Program-made: the position numbers and the translations under genes
In this document: piece after piece, positions 39,530 through 51,857 of the stretch
How positions within the stretch are numbered: the first letter of the stretch is position 1
Layout of the letters: each line of letters opens with the position of its first letter
Notes under the pieces: model-generated
Databases searched by the model: none
The model's input: only the letters and a program-made list of their open reading frames with translations
What the model was told of the DNA's origin: nothing
From: Marsupella aquatica
Taxonomy: Eukaryota > Plantae > Marchantiophyta
Assembly: GCA_973895155.1 (NCBI GenBank)
Contig: OZ316891.1
Coordinates: 21,092,169-21,156,168 of the forward strand
Reading direction: 5' to 3'
DNA: 64,000 nucleotides

Positions 39530-39859
39530 ATGGCTGTCTTCCTTGAAAATCGTGTCAAACGTGCACGTCGGTTGTACAAGAGACTCGTGCGACTCAAAGT
39601 TCTCCCCATCGGTATAGGAGCATTGTGGATGGGTGGTACTGATCCTGGAGATAGGCGGAATCCTCTCCGCATTGAATTTTGCAAAATAAATGATGTAGAA
39701 GTTCCAATTTGTTCGAGGTTGATGTTAACGGCGTGTTTACATTCTTTGGAGTTTTCTTGTAACTATTGTTGTCGTCGTCTTGACAACAAGTACCACAAAC
39801 AGACTCACTTATGTTGTAAGATTTGGAACGAAGACCCTTGGGTGAACCTTTCACGATGA
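39530..39859 (+). CDS. Small Cys/His-rich hypothetical protein (109 aa)
   Basis: Open frame with C..C.H....CNYCC......H..HLCC, followed by AATAAA at about 39906; same strand as the cargo ORFs. Confidence 0.35.
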   Translation: MAVFLENRVKRARRLYKRLVRLKVLPIGIGALWMGGTDPGDRRNPLRIEFCKINDVEVPICSRLMLTACLHSLEFSCNYCCRRLDNKYHKQTHLCCKIWNEDPWVNLSR

Positions 39860-40053
39860 GTGTTTTGACCTTTTCATTGAGGCGTGTCTTGTAAGGACAT
39901 ATTTAAATAAACAAGTCCTACCCTTGCGCAGCGAATATAATACGTCACGAGTCCTAATCGTTAAACTGTCGTGCAGGGTTGGTACTGTGGATGTGTTTGG
40001 TTACACCTGGTGATTGAAGGTATTTTTATTGGTGGTTTTGGTAGCTCTGCTTC

Positions 40054-40602
40054 ATGGTTGCATCGGAGAATCTAATCATTGTAAAGATGGGATCCATTTT
40101 AGCCCACGAGCGTAGGAAATATATTCGAGGAAAAGTGCCCGGTGTGGAATGCGAAAGTTTGTTGAATGGACTTCCCGATCAACTCGTTGAATCTCACATT
40201 TGGCCCCTCCTAGCCTTGTCTTGCACACAAGATGAACACCTTGGCCTTGACCTAAAACTTCTACCAAAAGAACGACTGACTCGAATGAGAACAATCATTT
40301 GTCTTGGAGCCACCTCAAAGAAATGGAACCATCTTGTTGTTGGTACACGATTTTGGGCGCTATTGAAATATGCACTCCGTGAGATCAATGACATAAACAA
40401 AATGCTCACAAGCATTCCTAATGCCGACCTTCTCTCAAACATACATATTGCTAGGGTCTTCCAAGAGGAAACTCATTTCCTCCCTCCCATAGATATGCTT
40501 GGGTGCTTTTTGTATGAGCAGTTAGATCAGTTTCGTAGAGTTTGGATAAATCTTGGAGAAAGCGGGAAGCGGACAATTCTTGCATGGCATGGACGAGTCT
40601 GA
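40054..40602 (+). CDS. F-box-like protein 4 (182 aa)
   Basis: LLNGLPDQLVESHIWPLL...LGATSKKWNHLVVGTRFWALLK...LPPIDMLGCFLYEQLDQFRRVW. Confidence 0.68.
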   Translation: MVASENLIIVKMGSILAHERRKYIRGKVPGVECESLLNGLPDQLVESHIWPLLALSCTQDEHLGLDLKLLPKERLTRMRTIICLGATSKKWNHLVVGTRFWALLKYALREINDINKMLTSIPNADLLSNIHIARVFQEETHFLPPIDMLGCFLYEQLDQFRRVWINLGESGKRTILAWHGRV

Positions 40603-40763
40603 GTGGATGAGGCATTGCTGCGAACATCCGATAAATTTATCGCACTCCTCATTCCTCTAGTTGATTTTGGGTGCTCTAAGGTTTGCTCGAGAAGAGCTTG
40701 TAAAGAAACACTTTGAATGTAATTGACTCTGCCTCCCCTGACTTCGGTTTGTGTGGTTCAGAG

Positions 40764-41327
40764 TGTATTTATCTGATGTTGGTATTGCAAAAGTGGTTCC
40801 TTCATATGGAAGTTGCAATTTGAAATTGAAGCGATAAATTTATCTGATGTTGGTATTGCAAAAGTGGTTCCTTTGTATGGAAGTTGCAATTTTGAAATTG
40901 AAGCGATAAATTTATCTGATGTTGGTATTGCGAAAGTGGTTCCTTCATATGGAAGTTGCAATTTGAAATTGAAGCAATAAATTTATCTGATGTTGGTATT
41001 GCCAAAGGGGTTCCTTCATATGGAAGTTGCAATTTGAAATTGAAGCGATAAATTTATCTGATGTTGGTATTGCAAAAGTCGTTCCTTCATATGGAAGTTG
41101 CAATTTTGAAATTGAAGCGATAAATTTATCTGATGTTGGTATTGCAAAAGTGGTTCCTTCATATGGAAGTTGCAATTTTGAAATTGAAGCGATAAATTTA
41201 TCTGATGTTGGTATTGCAAAAGTCGTTCCTTCATATGGAAGTTGCAATTTTGAAATTGAAGCAATAAATTTATCTGATGTTGGTATTGCGAAGAGTTTTC
41301 TTCATATGGATAGGAATTTTGAAATTT
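40764..41327. repeat. Tandem array of 71-72-bp units (about 8 copies) built around GATAAATTTATC
   Basis: GCGATAAATTTATCTGATGTTGGTATTGCAAAAGTGGTTCCTTCATATGGAAGTTGCAATTTGAAATTGAA repeated head to tail with no unique spacers. Confidence 0.95.
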
Positions 41328-41741
41328 AACCGATGAACCGAAGGATCTTAGTATTATCGACTAGTATTTTTGTCGCCCATAGTTTTCGCGATAATTTTAT
41401 CGGACTGTGCATTGCTGTTGAAAGAATGGCATGTTGACTATGGTCACTTGCGGAGGTAACTGGTCAATTGCGGAGGTAACTACAAGGTAAGTTTGACGAA
41501 CCGTGCAGTAATTCTTATCGACTGTGATGTAAAATATTTTTGGTAAATATCCAAAAACTGAGAAAACTAAGATTGGGTCGGAGCTTTTGTGGCTCAAATC
41601 CGGAGTCCGATACAGTTATCGCACTTGGCTCGAAACATGGATATGGATTTATAGATAAGACCTTTCATATATCTTTGGAGAGCGTGAATATGAGGTTGAG
41701 GAGAAAGTTTTTCGGATCTAATTGTTCCTTGATAATATGAA

Positions 41742-42506
41742 TTGTTCCCTAAGGTCCCATCTATAAGTCTACCACTCATTCCTTTGCTATCCGGGCCAAA
41801 GGATGCCACTACTATGTACATAAGGCAAAAAATAGAAGAAAAAGATGAGAGAAGAAAAGATGATCGCTTCGACGCAAAAATTATCAAAATGTGGGAATAA
41901 GGAGAGAGTGCCCCTCACCACTTTATTTATATTGAATCCAAAAGGGCATGGATTACGCCCAAACGCTTGGATGAAAGCCAAGTGACACACATCCAACGTA
42001 GGAATGTGTGCTAGTACTATTGTAATCAAAACAAATTACACATGCAAGTAAAATGACTAATGCATGCACCTAAAATAATTTGTGCATGCATGCACCTTGT
42101 GGCTTGCATATTTGCTCATCTTGCATGCGCATAAAACAACTAATGCATGCGCATAAAATAATTTGTGCATGCACCTTGTGGCTTGCACATTTGCTCACCT
42201 TGCATGCGCATAAAACAACTAATGCATGCAAATAAAATAATTTACATGCATCTAAAACAAGTTGTGCATGCACCTTGTGGCTTGCACATTTGTTCACCTT
42301 GCATGCACATAAAACAAAATCTAATGCATGCAAATAAAACAATTTGTGCATGCATCTTGTGGTTTGCATAGTTGCTTACCTTGCATGCACATAAGTAATA
42401 GTCAAACTATTTAGTTACACCGTAACAAAATATAAGCCTAATCTATATACTTAATAATATACTTAGTGGTAATGATTTTATCATGAATAATTGAATTATC
42501 ATGACA
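41742..42506 (-). repeat. Gypsy 3' LTR (partial), with ATGCAT-rich internal tandem repeats
   Basis: Matches 48949-49715; similarity ends at 41742. Confidence 0.92.
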
Positions 42507-42559
42507 TATCACCCCTACCAAACCTGTGCATCCTCCAGATGCACCACACCTATAGATTG

Positions 42560-45500
42560 TGATAATCTTCATCCTCATCCAAAGCTTCAAAGTCATCTGG
42601 TTCAAACTTTTCCTCTTCTGCCACAAAGTGAGTTCACCGCTTGAACAATTTCACTCGCTTTCCTGCATAGGTAGTGCGATGAATTGCTCCATCCAGTTTT
42701 CTAACCAAGTAGGTTGCATTAGGATTGACCTTTTCAACAACAAATGGTCCTCTCTAACGACGTGCAAAATTTTTTAAGGTAGAATGTTGTTGCTCAAGTC
42801 CTCCTTCATAGATCAATACCCAATCTCCACTCTGGATTGGAATTGGCCTCAAACGATGAGTCTTATCAAATCACTCCTTATTCTTCTCACGAGCCTCCTT
42901 TAGCCTTAATAAAGCCTCCTCAATTTTCTCCTTGGTCTGGCTAAAGTGCTCAATCCTTCGTTCCAATAAATCCTCTCGAGTGATGTCATCTTCCCAATCA
43001 ATTGTTCTCCAACTTTGAACATTCTCTTCAATCTGCATCAAAGGTAAATATCCACAGACCAATTCGGCAGGTGCAAATCCTGTTGTTGAAGTGCATGTCA
43101 TCCGATCTGCTAAAAGTGCAAACGGTAGAAGGTTTGGCCACATTGATGCTTTTTCCTTGGCAAGACTTTACCAAGGCATTTACAATCGGTGGGTGTCCTC
43201 GCTCAATCTTCCCATTACCTTCCGGGTTGTAGGCAGTAGTAAGTTTGAGCTTGATGTTGAACCGATCAAAGAAATCTGCAACCTCATCCGAATTGAGTTC
43301 TCCTCTATCTGCTCTCATTTGCACAAAATAACCATGATGTGCAATGATATCTTCAAGTACAAACCTGCATACTGCTTCAGTAGTATTAGAGGTCAAAGCC
43401 CTTCCCTCCACATAAGAAGATAAATCTTCTCTTGCAAGGACAAGGTACTTTGCTCCTCTAACTCCCAATGGCATGTGCACCAAATCTATTGCCCACTGAA
43501 AATGTAATGATAAAGGACTAGTAGGATTAAGCCCATCCCTAAATCAAACTTTAGAGTAATATTGGCAAGTCTTACAAGACCCAACATATGATTTCACATC
43601 CACATATATGCCTGACCACCAATACCATCTTTGAATCCGCTCATAAGTAGCTCTAACTCCTCGATGTCCTGCTTCAACTGCATCATGAGAGTCCCACAAG
43701 ACCTTTTTCTTCTCCTCATCAATATCAAGGACTCTACATGGAACATGTCCTTTTTTTAAAGATCTTCTCCATAAGACACCATCCTTCAGCATGAACTTGT
43801 AAGCCTTCTTCCGTAATCGCTGAAACTCATCATCTGTCAATTCAGAAGACTTTTGAAGAGTACTAAGATACCTCCCAATCAAAAGCAACTGTCCAGAATA
43901 CAGTTCCTCTTGAAATTGTAAAATCTCAAATTCTCCACTCATTACTTGAACTGCTTCAGATATCTCAGTATGATCATATCGAGCTCTTGACAGCATATCA
44001 GCTACAGGGTTATCTTTTCCAGCAATATGTCGAAGTTCAGGATTGATCATTCTGATAAAAGCTATCCAACGTAGCATAGCAATATCTGGAGTATCACAAT
44101 TAGCAATCATCCCTAAAAGTGGTAAACAATCTGTCTCAAGAATTACTTGTGCTCCAATCAAATAGATCTTTTCTTGACACAAAGCTGTTCTTGCACCCCA
44201 TAATTCTCGTTTGATTTGAGAATAATGTCTTTATCTTGCTGAGAATACCTTAGCCCCAAACCTTGATGCAAATCTCCTTCCCTCTTCATCATCTTGCCCT
44301 ACTACCCATCCAGCAGCATCAAGGCTTGAATCGACACTAACAATGATTGGCCTCCCATCATAGCATAAGGGACGTAGAACAAGGGGGCTAAGTAATACCT
44401 CCTTTAATCTTTGCATAGCCTCCTTGTGTGCCTCAGTCCAAACAAATTGCACATTCTTCCTTAGTAATCCATACAAAGGATCAGCAATATGTGCAAAGTG
44501 TGGAATCCAAACCCTGTAAAATAAGCAAGCACCAAGAAATCTTCGCACCTCTGAAGATGTTCTGCAATCTTTCATCTGATTGATTGCATCCACCTTTCCT
44601 TCATTTGGCCTCCTCCCTTCAACTCCACAAATTTGTCCCACAATCAGGACTTCACGGAGTCCAAATGAAGATTTTTCTCCAGAAAGAGTGAGCCCAACCT
44701 CAATCAGTCTCTTCAAGATGGCCTTCACATCCTGAATGTGCTCTCATACAAACTGTCGCAACCCATCTACTCGTATAGTCTCATCCTTCTTTGCCTCCAA
44801 GCACCCCTTGATTGGCATATCATCAAGGAATGGTTGAGTCTTCTCTGGAATAAAACGATGTAGTACCTTATTCATGGCATTCTGCATGTGTGCCACTGAA
44901 TTGGTTGCTCTTTGAGGCAAAGTACACATGCGAAGTAGCCCCAAAGGTGTCCTCATTGTAGTGATATCTCTACTACTTTGAGCCAACTAAAATTGATCAT
45001 AGCCTGAATAGAGGTCACCATATGAATAGATGGCTCTACCGACAAACTCTTCTGTAAACTCATCAACTATAGGTCCTATCCCAGTGTTGCGAATAGTAAC
45101 CTTGTTGGATGGTTGCATATCCTGAATAAATCTAAGTTTACCATTTTTCTTGCGAATGGTAAACCAACGATTAGAATAAGGTGCATCTGCTCTTTCCAAG
45201 ATCCTAGTGGAAAGTTTCTCCTTTAATAGATCAACAAGTTTAGGCAACAAAGCCTTGGGCACCGGAATAGGTTTTAAGTCCCAAAGAATATGAGGGACAG
45301 TAAATCACCATAGGAGTAACTACACTAGGATCCACACATCCCATCTCTTCAGGATAAAATGCAAAAGCCTTACCATGGTCACCAATCATTTGTCAAAACT
45401 TCTCTCTTTCTCTCCTTGTCAACAGCCCATCATCGCCAATCCTTAGTTGATTAAGGGTCTTCTCTTCAAATGAGCTCGCCAACAAACTATTCACATTCCA

Positions 45501-46104
45501 AGCCTTCAGCGGGTCATCAGAGACGGCGCCCCGCCATCCCGCATTGTTTAACGAGACGCCTTTCGGAAATCCTCATTTCCTTCCTTGGATTCAGGTCCTC
45601 TCAACTCCTTTCGATTCCTCCAATGTCCAGGTTTCACCACAGGAAATTGGATAATCCGCAAATCATCTCGACTCCTCACCTTTGCCATATGAGTACCATC
45701 TGGCAAAACCTTGTATTCCAATCAAGCTTGAGTAATATAGGGCTGCCCTAAAATCAAGTCATAGGGTAAGCTATCATGCACAAAGATGTTAGTTGGCTCA
45801 ATCACATTGCCAACCTTCATTGGAACTCCTGGACATCCTCCCCAAAGTGTATTCTTTGAACGATTGATTGAGTTTACGACCACTGGGTATCACAATCAAC
45901 CATCCATTGCCCAACATCATAGATGCTTCTTGACATTAGATTTACCTCTGATCCAGTATCAATCAATGCTCGGGCTTTGCCCTCCATCCCCACAAGCTCC
46001 ACTTCCACCACTGAGCAAGTTCTTGCCCAAAATGGTTCCAAGATGGACTCCTTGCCATCTCCCAATTCAAGATTCTTCATGGTAGAGGCACACATGACCC
46101 ACAC
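42560..46104 (-). pseudogene. pol: Gypsy pol (protease, RT, RNase H, integrase), fragmented
   Basis: ALIDTGSEVNLM; YSNRWFTIRKKNGKLRFIQD; DLYSGYDQF; PFLDD; EVRRFLGAC; ETDCLPL; HRG...CKTC; DRGE...YNPEGNGKIER. Confidence 0.92.
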
Positions 46105-46239
46105 ACTTTGTGAAGCCTTGAGTACCTCCTCTTGACTGATTTTTGCTACTTATTATGATTTGTCAAACTTTTCTCCCATCAATGATTCCCATCTTCCCAA
46201 GTCCAATAGCTTAGCTTCTGACATCTTTGGTTCAGAAAC

Positions 46240-46400
46240 TACCTCCTTTGAAGACTCTGGCATCTGTGGTCCAGAAACTTCATCATTTGAAAACTCTAGC
46301 ATCTGTGGTCTAGGGATCTTCTCCTTTTAAGACCCTGACATCTGTGGTCCAGGGATCTCCTCTTTTGAAGACCCTAGCATCTGTGGTCCAGGGATCTTCT
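46240..46400. repeat. About 39-bp tandem repeat between gag and protease
   Basis: CATCTGTGGTC(C/T)AG recurs four times (about 46261, 46300, 46339, 46378). Confidence 0.8.
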
Positions 46401-48235
46401 CAACATTCACTTGATACACTTGACACTCGACACTCTGTATTAGCTCTTGAAAATGAACCTTCTCCATCCTTTTCAATTTCAGAATAAAACTCTGCTCCTA
46501 ATGCATGAAGTCCTTCTTTATAAAATCTTTTTTGCTTCACCTTTGCAAGTAAAGCATCTTGAGCTTTGGAGTTCATGCAAGCCAAAAACTCCTCATTGGT
46601 GACTCCACTCACTGTGGCTTTCCAAAACTTATCAGCAACCTGGTCATACTCTATGTGTTGCTCCACATCCCTTCCAAGTATCCAACCAGGTCCTTTCTTT
46701 TTTGCCTTCTCCTTTTTTACTACTTCCAGCTCCTTTGAAGGGGTTGAAGTAGACTCTTTTGGTGTGCTTACTCTATCCTCAAATCGAACACTCCTTCTCA
46801 TTGGCACATCAGGTAATGGCCTAGGAGTAGAAGGTCCAGAATCCACTTTCTATTTTCCTTTAGCACGTTCTTCCAAAGGCTCCACAGACTTTCTCTTCTC
46901 CTCCACCATAGAATCCCATAGAGACCCTACTTCTGCAGTAAAAGCAAAGATCAAAACAGGATCATTCCATCCTGATTTCCTTCTTACAAACTCTGCCAGC
47001 CTTTTCTTCTCTGTCTCTGAGGATCCTACTGACGAAAGATCCCCAAACACAGTGTAGACATCTGCTTCATGCTCACCCTTGTCTCCATAAGCTGCAGCAA
47101 TGGCTGAGTTATGATGTTCATCCATTCTCTTTTCCACTAGTACCTTCATGCCACCTTTGTTGGCATTGACTGGAATAAGTTCACCTGAATCATGGTAGGC
47201 AAGCTTTCTTATGCCATCATGCTCAACAAACTTAACCATTCTTTCTTTTAGAGCAACAGACAGCTCAACACACTCTCTTCTAGAGTGCTCTTTGCTATCA
47301 CACCAGATATAATTCCAGCTTCTTGGTCATCCGATAGAACTTCCTGCTCCTCCACTACCTCTTGATGGTGGCCTCGATGTGTTGCCTCCAATTTGTCCCA
47401 AAGCTTGGGTGGCAAGAATGGTAAGATTCTTCATGAGTTCAGACAACTCATCCATCTTCTCCACAATCTTCTCACCCCTACCGATTGTTGATTCTATCTT
47501 CTCCACTCTCCTCATAGAAGTCACAGGTGCTACTGTGTCCAGAACACCTTCATGACTGAGTTTCTTTCTTTTGTGCTTTTGACTGACTCTTAGCACAACA
47601 GTCTCAACCTCCTCCCAAGTTGGCTGATTAGCCCCACGACTTGGGTTCATTAGTTTAAGAGCAAGCTCTAACTCATCCTGAAGCTTCTCAGTAGCAGCTC
47701 GGATGAGTAGAGTAGCCTTCTGGACCTTGATAACTTCAGAGCCTATCTCAGGAAGCTGATTGAACTTCTTGACAAACTCCCTCATCAACTCTTGAGGTCC
47801 CAACTTCTTACTTCTGTCAGTCACCCAATCAAGGAAAGATGCTTGGGTGACCCTATCTGGATCTTCCAGCTTAAATTCTTCTTTCATTCTCACCTCAAAA
47901 ATATTCCATGCCTTTTCTCCATTAGCTCCCTCTGTCAAGGAAACAACAATTTCCTTGAGTTCAGGTTCCACCAAAGACACAAACTCCTTGACTGCTACCT
48001 CAGCATCAATCTTGTGAATTGTAGCCTCTGTCCAATATCCCTTGAGATACCTTGTCACATTCCGTCCATCAAATTCTCCTTGCTTAGTAAGGACCGAGTG
48101 CAAGTACTTGGTGGTCCTTCCAAGCAATTCCTTCTTCTTGTTCTCTTCCATCTCCATCTCCTTCATTCCATGTAAGTATGCAGCAATCAAAGATGAAAAC
48201 CTCTCCATGTCAGTTGGATTAATCTCAGTTCCCAT
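46400..48235 (-). pseudogene. gag: Gypsy gag, fragmented
   Basis: GEFDGRNVTRYL N-terminus; degenerate knuckle (Y)IWCDSKEHSKREC at about 47265-47315; lies between PBS and protease. Confidence 0.85.
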
Positions 48236-48382
48236 GATTGCAATTCTTCCTTCTTGACTAATGATATACTCACAATTTAAGGACTTATAGTTCCAAAATC
48301 ATATCTCTCTCTATCAACCAAAACTTAGACATGCACAAGTTAACTCCAAAATCCAGCGGTTCCCCAGTATGGTCGCCACTTA

Positions 48383-49715
48383 TGTCCGGGTGACCGTGTT
48401 TTTTGGTAAGAGCATGTTGGCTCTTATGAAGTCAACCTTGCATGCCCATAAGTTCTACACTAAAACCAAAATGATAACTCTTGTAAGAAGGGTGGTGGGT
48501 ATTAAGAAAGTTTCAAGTGAAACTAATATACTATTAAATCCTACTTCACCATACTTGCGGATCAACACATCTCAAAAACTAATTTTTCTACGACATACAA
48601 TTCTAATATCTCCAAGAGAAAATGAGATAGGAATGTCATCTGGACTCCTATTTAGATCCATGACTTCAATAAAGGACAAAGATAATGCACTCTCACTTCT
48701 CTTGGTAAGACACTACTGGATATACTATTGGCTCATTAGAACTCATAATAGCAGCTGCAAATTGAGCTCCAAAGTGATAAGTTAAATGCTGCCTCATGGA
48801 TGGCTTGTCTAAAAGATGGACTCTAACCAAAAATGGGTTACGAAAGGGAAGATTAGGGATATCTCTCCCTCCTGGATTCATAATGACTCTCTTGTTCCTT
48901 TGCTATCCGGGCCAAAGGATGCTCCACCCCTAAGTTCCCAAAGAGACCTTGTTCCCTAAGGTCCCATCTATAAGTCTACCACTCATTCCTTTGCTATCCG
49001 GGCCAAATGATGCCCCACTACTATGTACATAAGGCAAAAAATAGAAGAAAAAGATGAGAGAAGAAAAGAGGATCGCTTCGACGCAGAAATTATCAAAATG
49101 TGGGAATGAGGAGAGAGTGTCCCTCACCACTTTATTTATATTGAATCCAAAAGGGCATGGATTACGCCCAAACGCTTGGATGAAAGCCAAGTGACACACA
49201 TCCAACGTAGGAATGTGTGCTAGTACTATTGTAATCAAAACAAATTACACATGCAAGTAAAACGACTAATGCATGCACCTAAAACAATTTGTGCATGCAT
49301 GCACCTTGTGGCTTGCATATTTGCTCATCTTGCATGCGCATAAAACAACTAATGCATGCGCATAAAACAATTTGTGCATGCACCTTGTGGCTTGCACATT
49401 TGCTTACCTTGCATGCGCATAAAACAACTAATGCATGCAAATAAAATAATTTGCATGCATCTAAAACAAGTTGTGTATGCACCTTGTGGCTTGCACATTT
49501 GTTCACCTTGCATGCACATAAAACAAAATCTAATGCATGCAAATAAAACAATTTGTGCAAGCATCTTGTGGTTTGCATAGTTGCTTACCTTGCATGCATA
49601 TAAGTAATAGTCAAACTATTTAGTTACACTGTAACAAAATATAAGCCTAACCTATATACTTAATAATATACTTAGTGGTAATGATTTCATCATGAATAAT
49701 TGAATTATCATGACA
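48383..49715 (-). repeat. Gypsy 5' LTR (1333 bp)
   Basis: TG...CA termini, adjacent PBS, and match to 41742-42506. Confidence 0.92.
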
Positions 49716-50667
49716 GCGTCAACTCCATTGGCCTTGGGCTTAAAAGGAGCTCACACTCAAGCCCTCAGAACTCAAAGTCCATCCGGAGGTCCGGACGGCC
49801 ATCCTTGAGCCCGGCCCATTTCCCCTTGACCCGACCAACTATCAACTACTCCAAGTCCTTAGTGTGTGTCCCCCCCCGGCTTGGCTCCTTGCCTCGCTAG
49901 TGCCACGTTTCATTGCCCACAAGTCTCCCCATGCTAAGTCCTCCACGGATGGCCTATCCGGGCCTGGACCATAAGGAAGCTCGGCGTCGGAATTAGCGAC
50001 GCCGGAGCTAAGTGTTAAGATAGTCAAGTTTCGCGATTCAAAGTAATTAAAAGCTCTTCATGACATTGCTGAACATCAGGAGAGTTGGCTAGGGGCAACT
50101 TCATTGCAATTTCTCTCATTTGTTCACTTACTCATATTCTTCCATTCATGGTCTAATGCCTCAAAAAATACTGTAAAAATAATATTTATTATGAAATGGA
50201 AGCTGGCTTGCATGTTCTTAGAATGTAAACCCATAAAACCTAAACCTGTGTCATTTGTCTATTGATTTATTTACAGTATCTCTAGATCCCTACTCTATCT
50301 TCTCATCAATATCCCTACTTTCCATCCACAACCATCTTGGTGGGCCCTAAAGTGAAGGCTGGAATCTATGGCCAACTGACCAACTCGGCAACTCGAGCTT
50401 CTCATTGCCCTTTATTAGTTCGATGTCAACTGCTCGCAACATTCACGCCTTAAAATCCGGGAGCACCTCAAATTATCGTCAAGCCGGCAAGCCCTCATCA
50501 GTCTATGAGTTATGTCACGCGTACATACGTCCACCCAGAGATGAGTATGACAGGAACTCCATCCAGACGACCACTGCACAGCCAACTGAGTACTTGATTC
50601 ACAACTTCCCTCCCTCGAGCGATCCATCGATACTCCGTGACTCAGCGCTCTCCCTCGATCCATCGTC

Positions 50668-51857
50668 ATGCCAACTGAAGAGATTTTTCGTAGTCAGCCT
50701 CCTTTCCCGGATGATGTGCCGACATTTGATCTTCCGAGAATGTCATATGGCAGATTGCTCGCATTTGACCCCGACGAGTCCAAAAGACTATTTGAAGCAA
50801 GTAGACACTATGGCTTCTTCTTGCTCGACCTTCAGGACACACCAGCAGGCGAGAGTTTCACGAAAGATGCAGTCGGTGTACTCGAACTCGACCGTCAAGT
50901 CAGCGCTCTAGATATTTCGGAAAAGCTGAAATTGACAATCCTTGATCAGCCAGAGATTAAAATGTTGGGGTAAGGACCCTTTTTCTGTTCCATTTGCTAG
51001 ACGGGATCAATGAGGCCCCTCGATCTTCGAGGTATATGATTATGTATGACAAGTAGAAGAGCTAAATCATGTGCTCGCATGTAGGTACAAGGCCATTGGA
51101 TCAGGGAAGCTAGAGAACGGTGACCCAGACTGCTTCGAGTCTTACAGCGTCATTCAGGATAATGTACTCGCCGCAAATGCTCCCGCAGCCTACGCGTTGC
51201 CCATTGAAAGATCGAGGGCGCTTCTGAAGTCCTTCATCCATCATGCCCACGACATTTGTACTCTGATCCTCGGCCATCTTGACAATCATTTGGATCTCCC
51301 GTCTGGGACTCTTGCCTCGCTACATCCAACTTCGAAGCCCTCGATGACGACTGTCCGTCTTATCCACATACCGCCCCAGCCGGCCGGGAAGCGGAAAGCC
51401 TCGTCGGTCGGGCACACTGGCAACGGGAGCTTAACCATACTCTTCAACGTAATTGGCGGATTCCAAATCCTTCCACCAGGGCTTGCGAACGAAGACTGCA
51501 ACTGGCGATGGGTCCGACCAGAGCCGGGATGTGCAATTGTCAACATTGCCGACGCCTTGGTTCAATGGAGCGGAGGGGTTCTGCACAGCAACATGCACCG
51601 CGTGATGTACGCGCCAGGGCCAACAGGCCGAATGTGAGCGGTACAGCTTTGCGTATGTGCTCAAGCCGGACAATCAGGCTTCGATGCGGAGACTAGTTCG
51701 CCCAGCGACTTCGACGACTGCAATGGCGAAGGAGGGTGTCGGAGACGATCACTACATTTACAAAGATTGGCTTAAGATTAAAAGTGTAGGCCTGCAAGGA
51801 AAGAATGTCGTTAGAATGAGCAGTGTTTCTGACCGCGATCATATTGAAAGCCGATAA
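50668..51857 (+). pseudogene. 2OG-Fe(II) dioxygenase copy 3; exons 50668-50969 and 51085-51857; inactivated
   Basis: Same 115-bp intron as copy 1. HTD changed to HTG. +1 frameshift near 51617 (CCAGGGCC vs CCAGGCC). Followed by a 79-bp tandem duplication of the 3' end (51824-51980). Confidence 0.88.

Larger units (their letters stand above)
41742..49715 (-). mobile_element. Degenerate Ty3/gypsy LTR retrotransposon; 3' LTR truncated
   Basis: 5' LTR 49715-48383 (TGTCATG...CGGACA). PBS TGGCGACCATACTGGGGA (tRNA-Arg-like). gag-PR-RT-RH-IN order. PPT-like GGTAGGGGTGA before the 3' LTR at 42506-41742. Confidence 0.93.

Noticed and set aside
40764-41327. CRISPR-like array, and the repetitive ORFs it generates
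   Set aside because: Units are contiguous near-identical 71-72-mers with no unique spacers and no cas genes; 71-bp units break the frame, so the ORFs are artefacts.
42070-42371. Cys/His-rich ORFs (also 49279-49580)
   Set aside because: Translations of ATGCAT-rich tandem repeats inside the gypsy LTRs.
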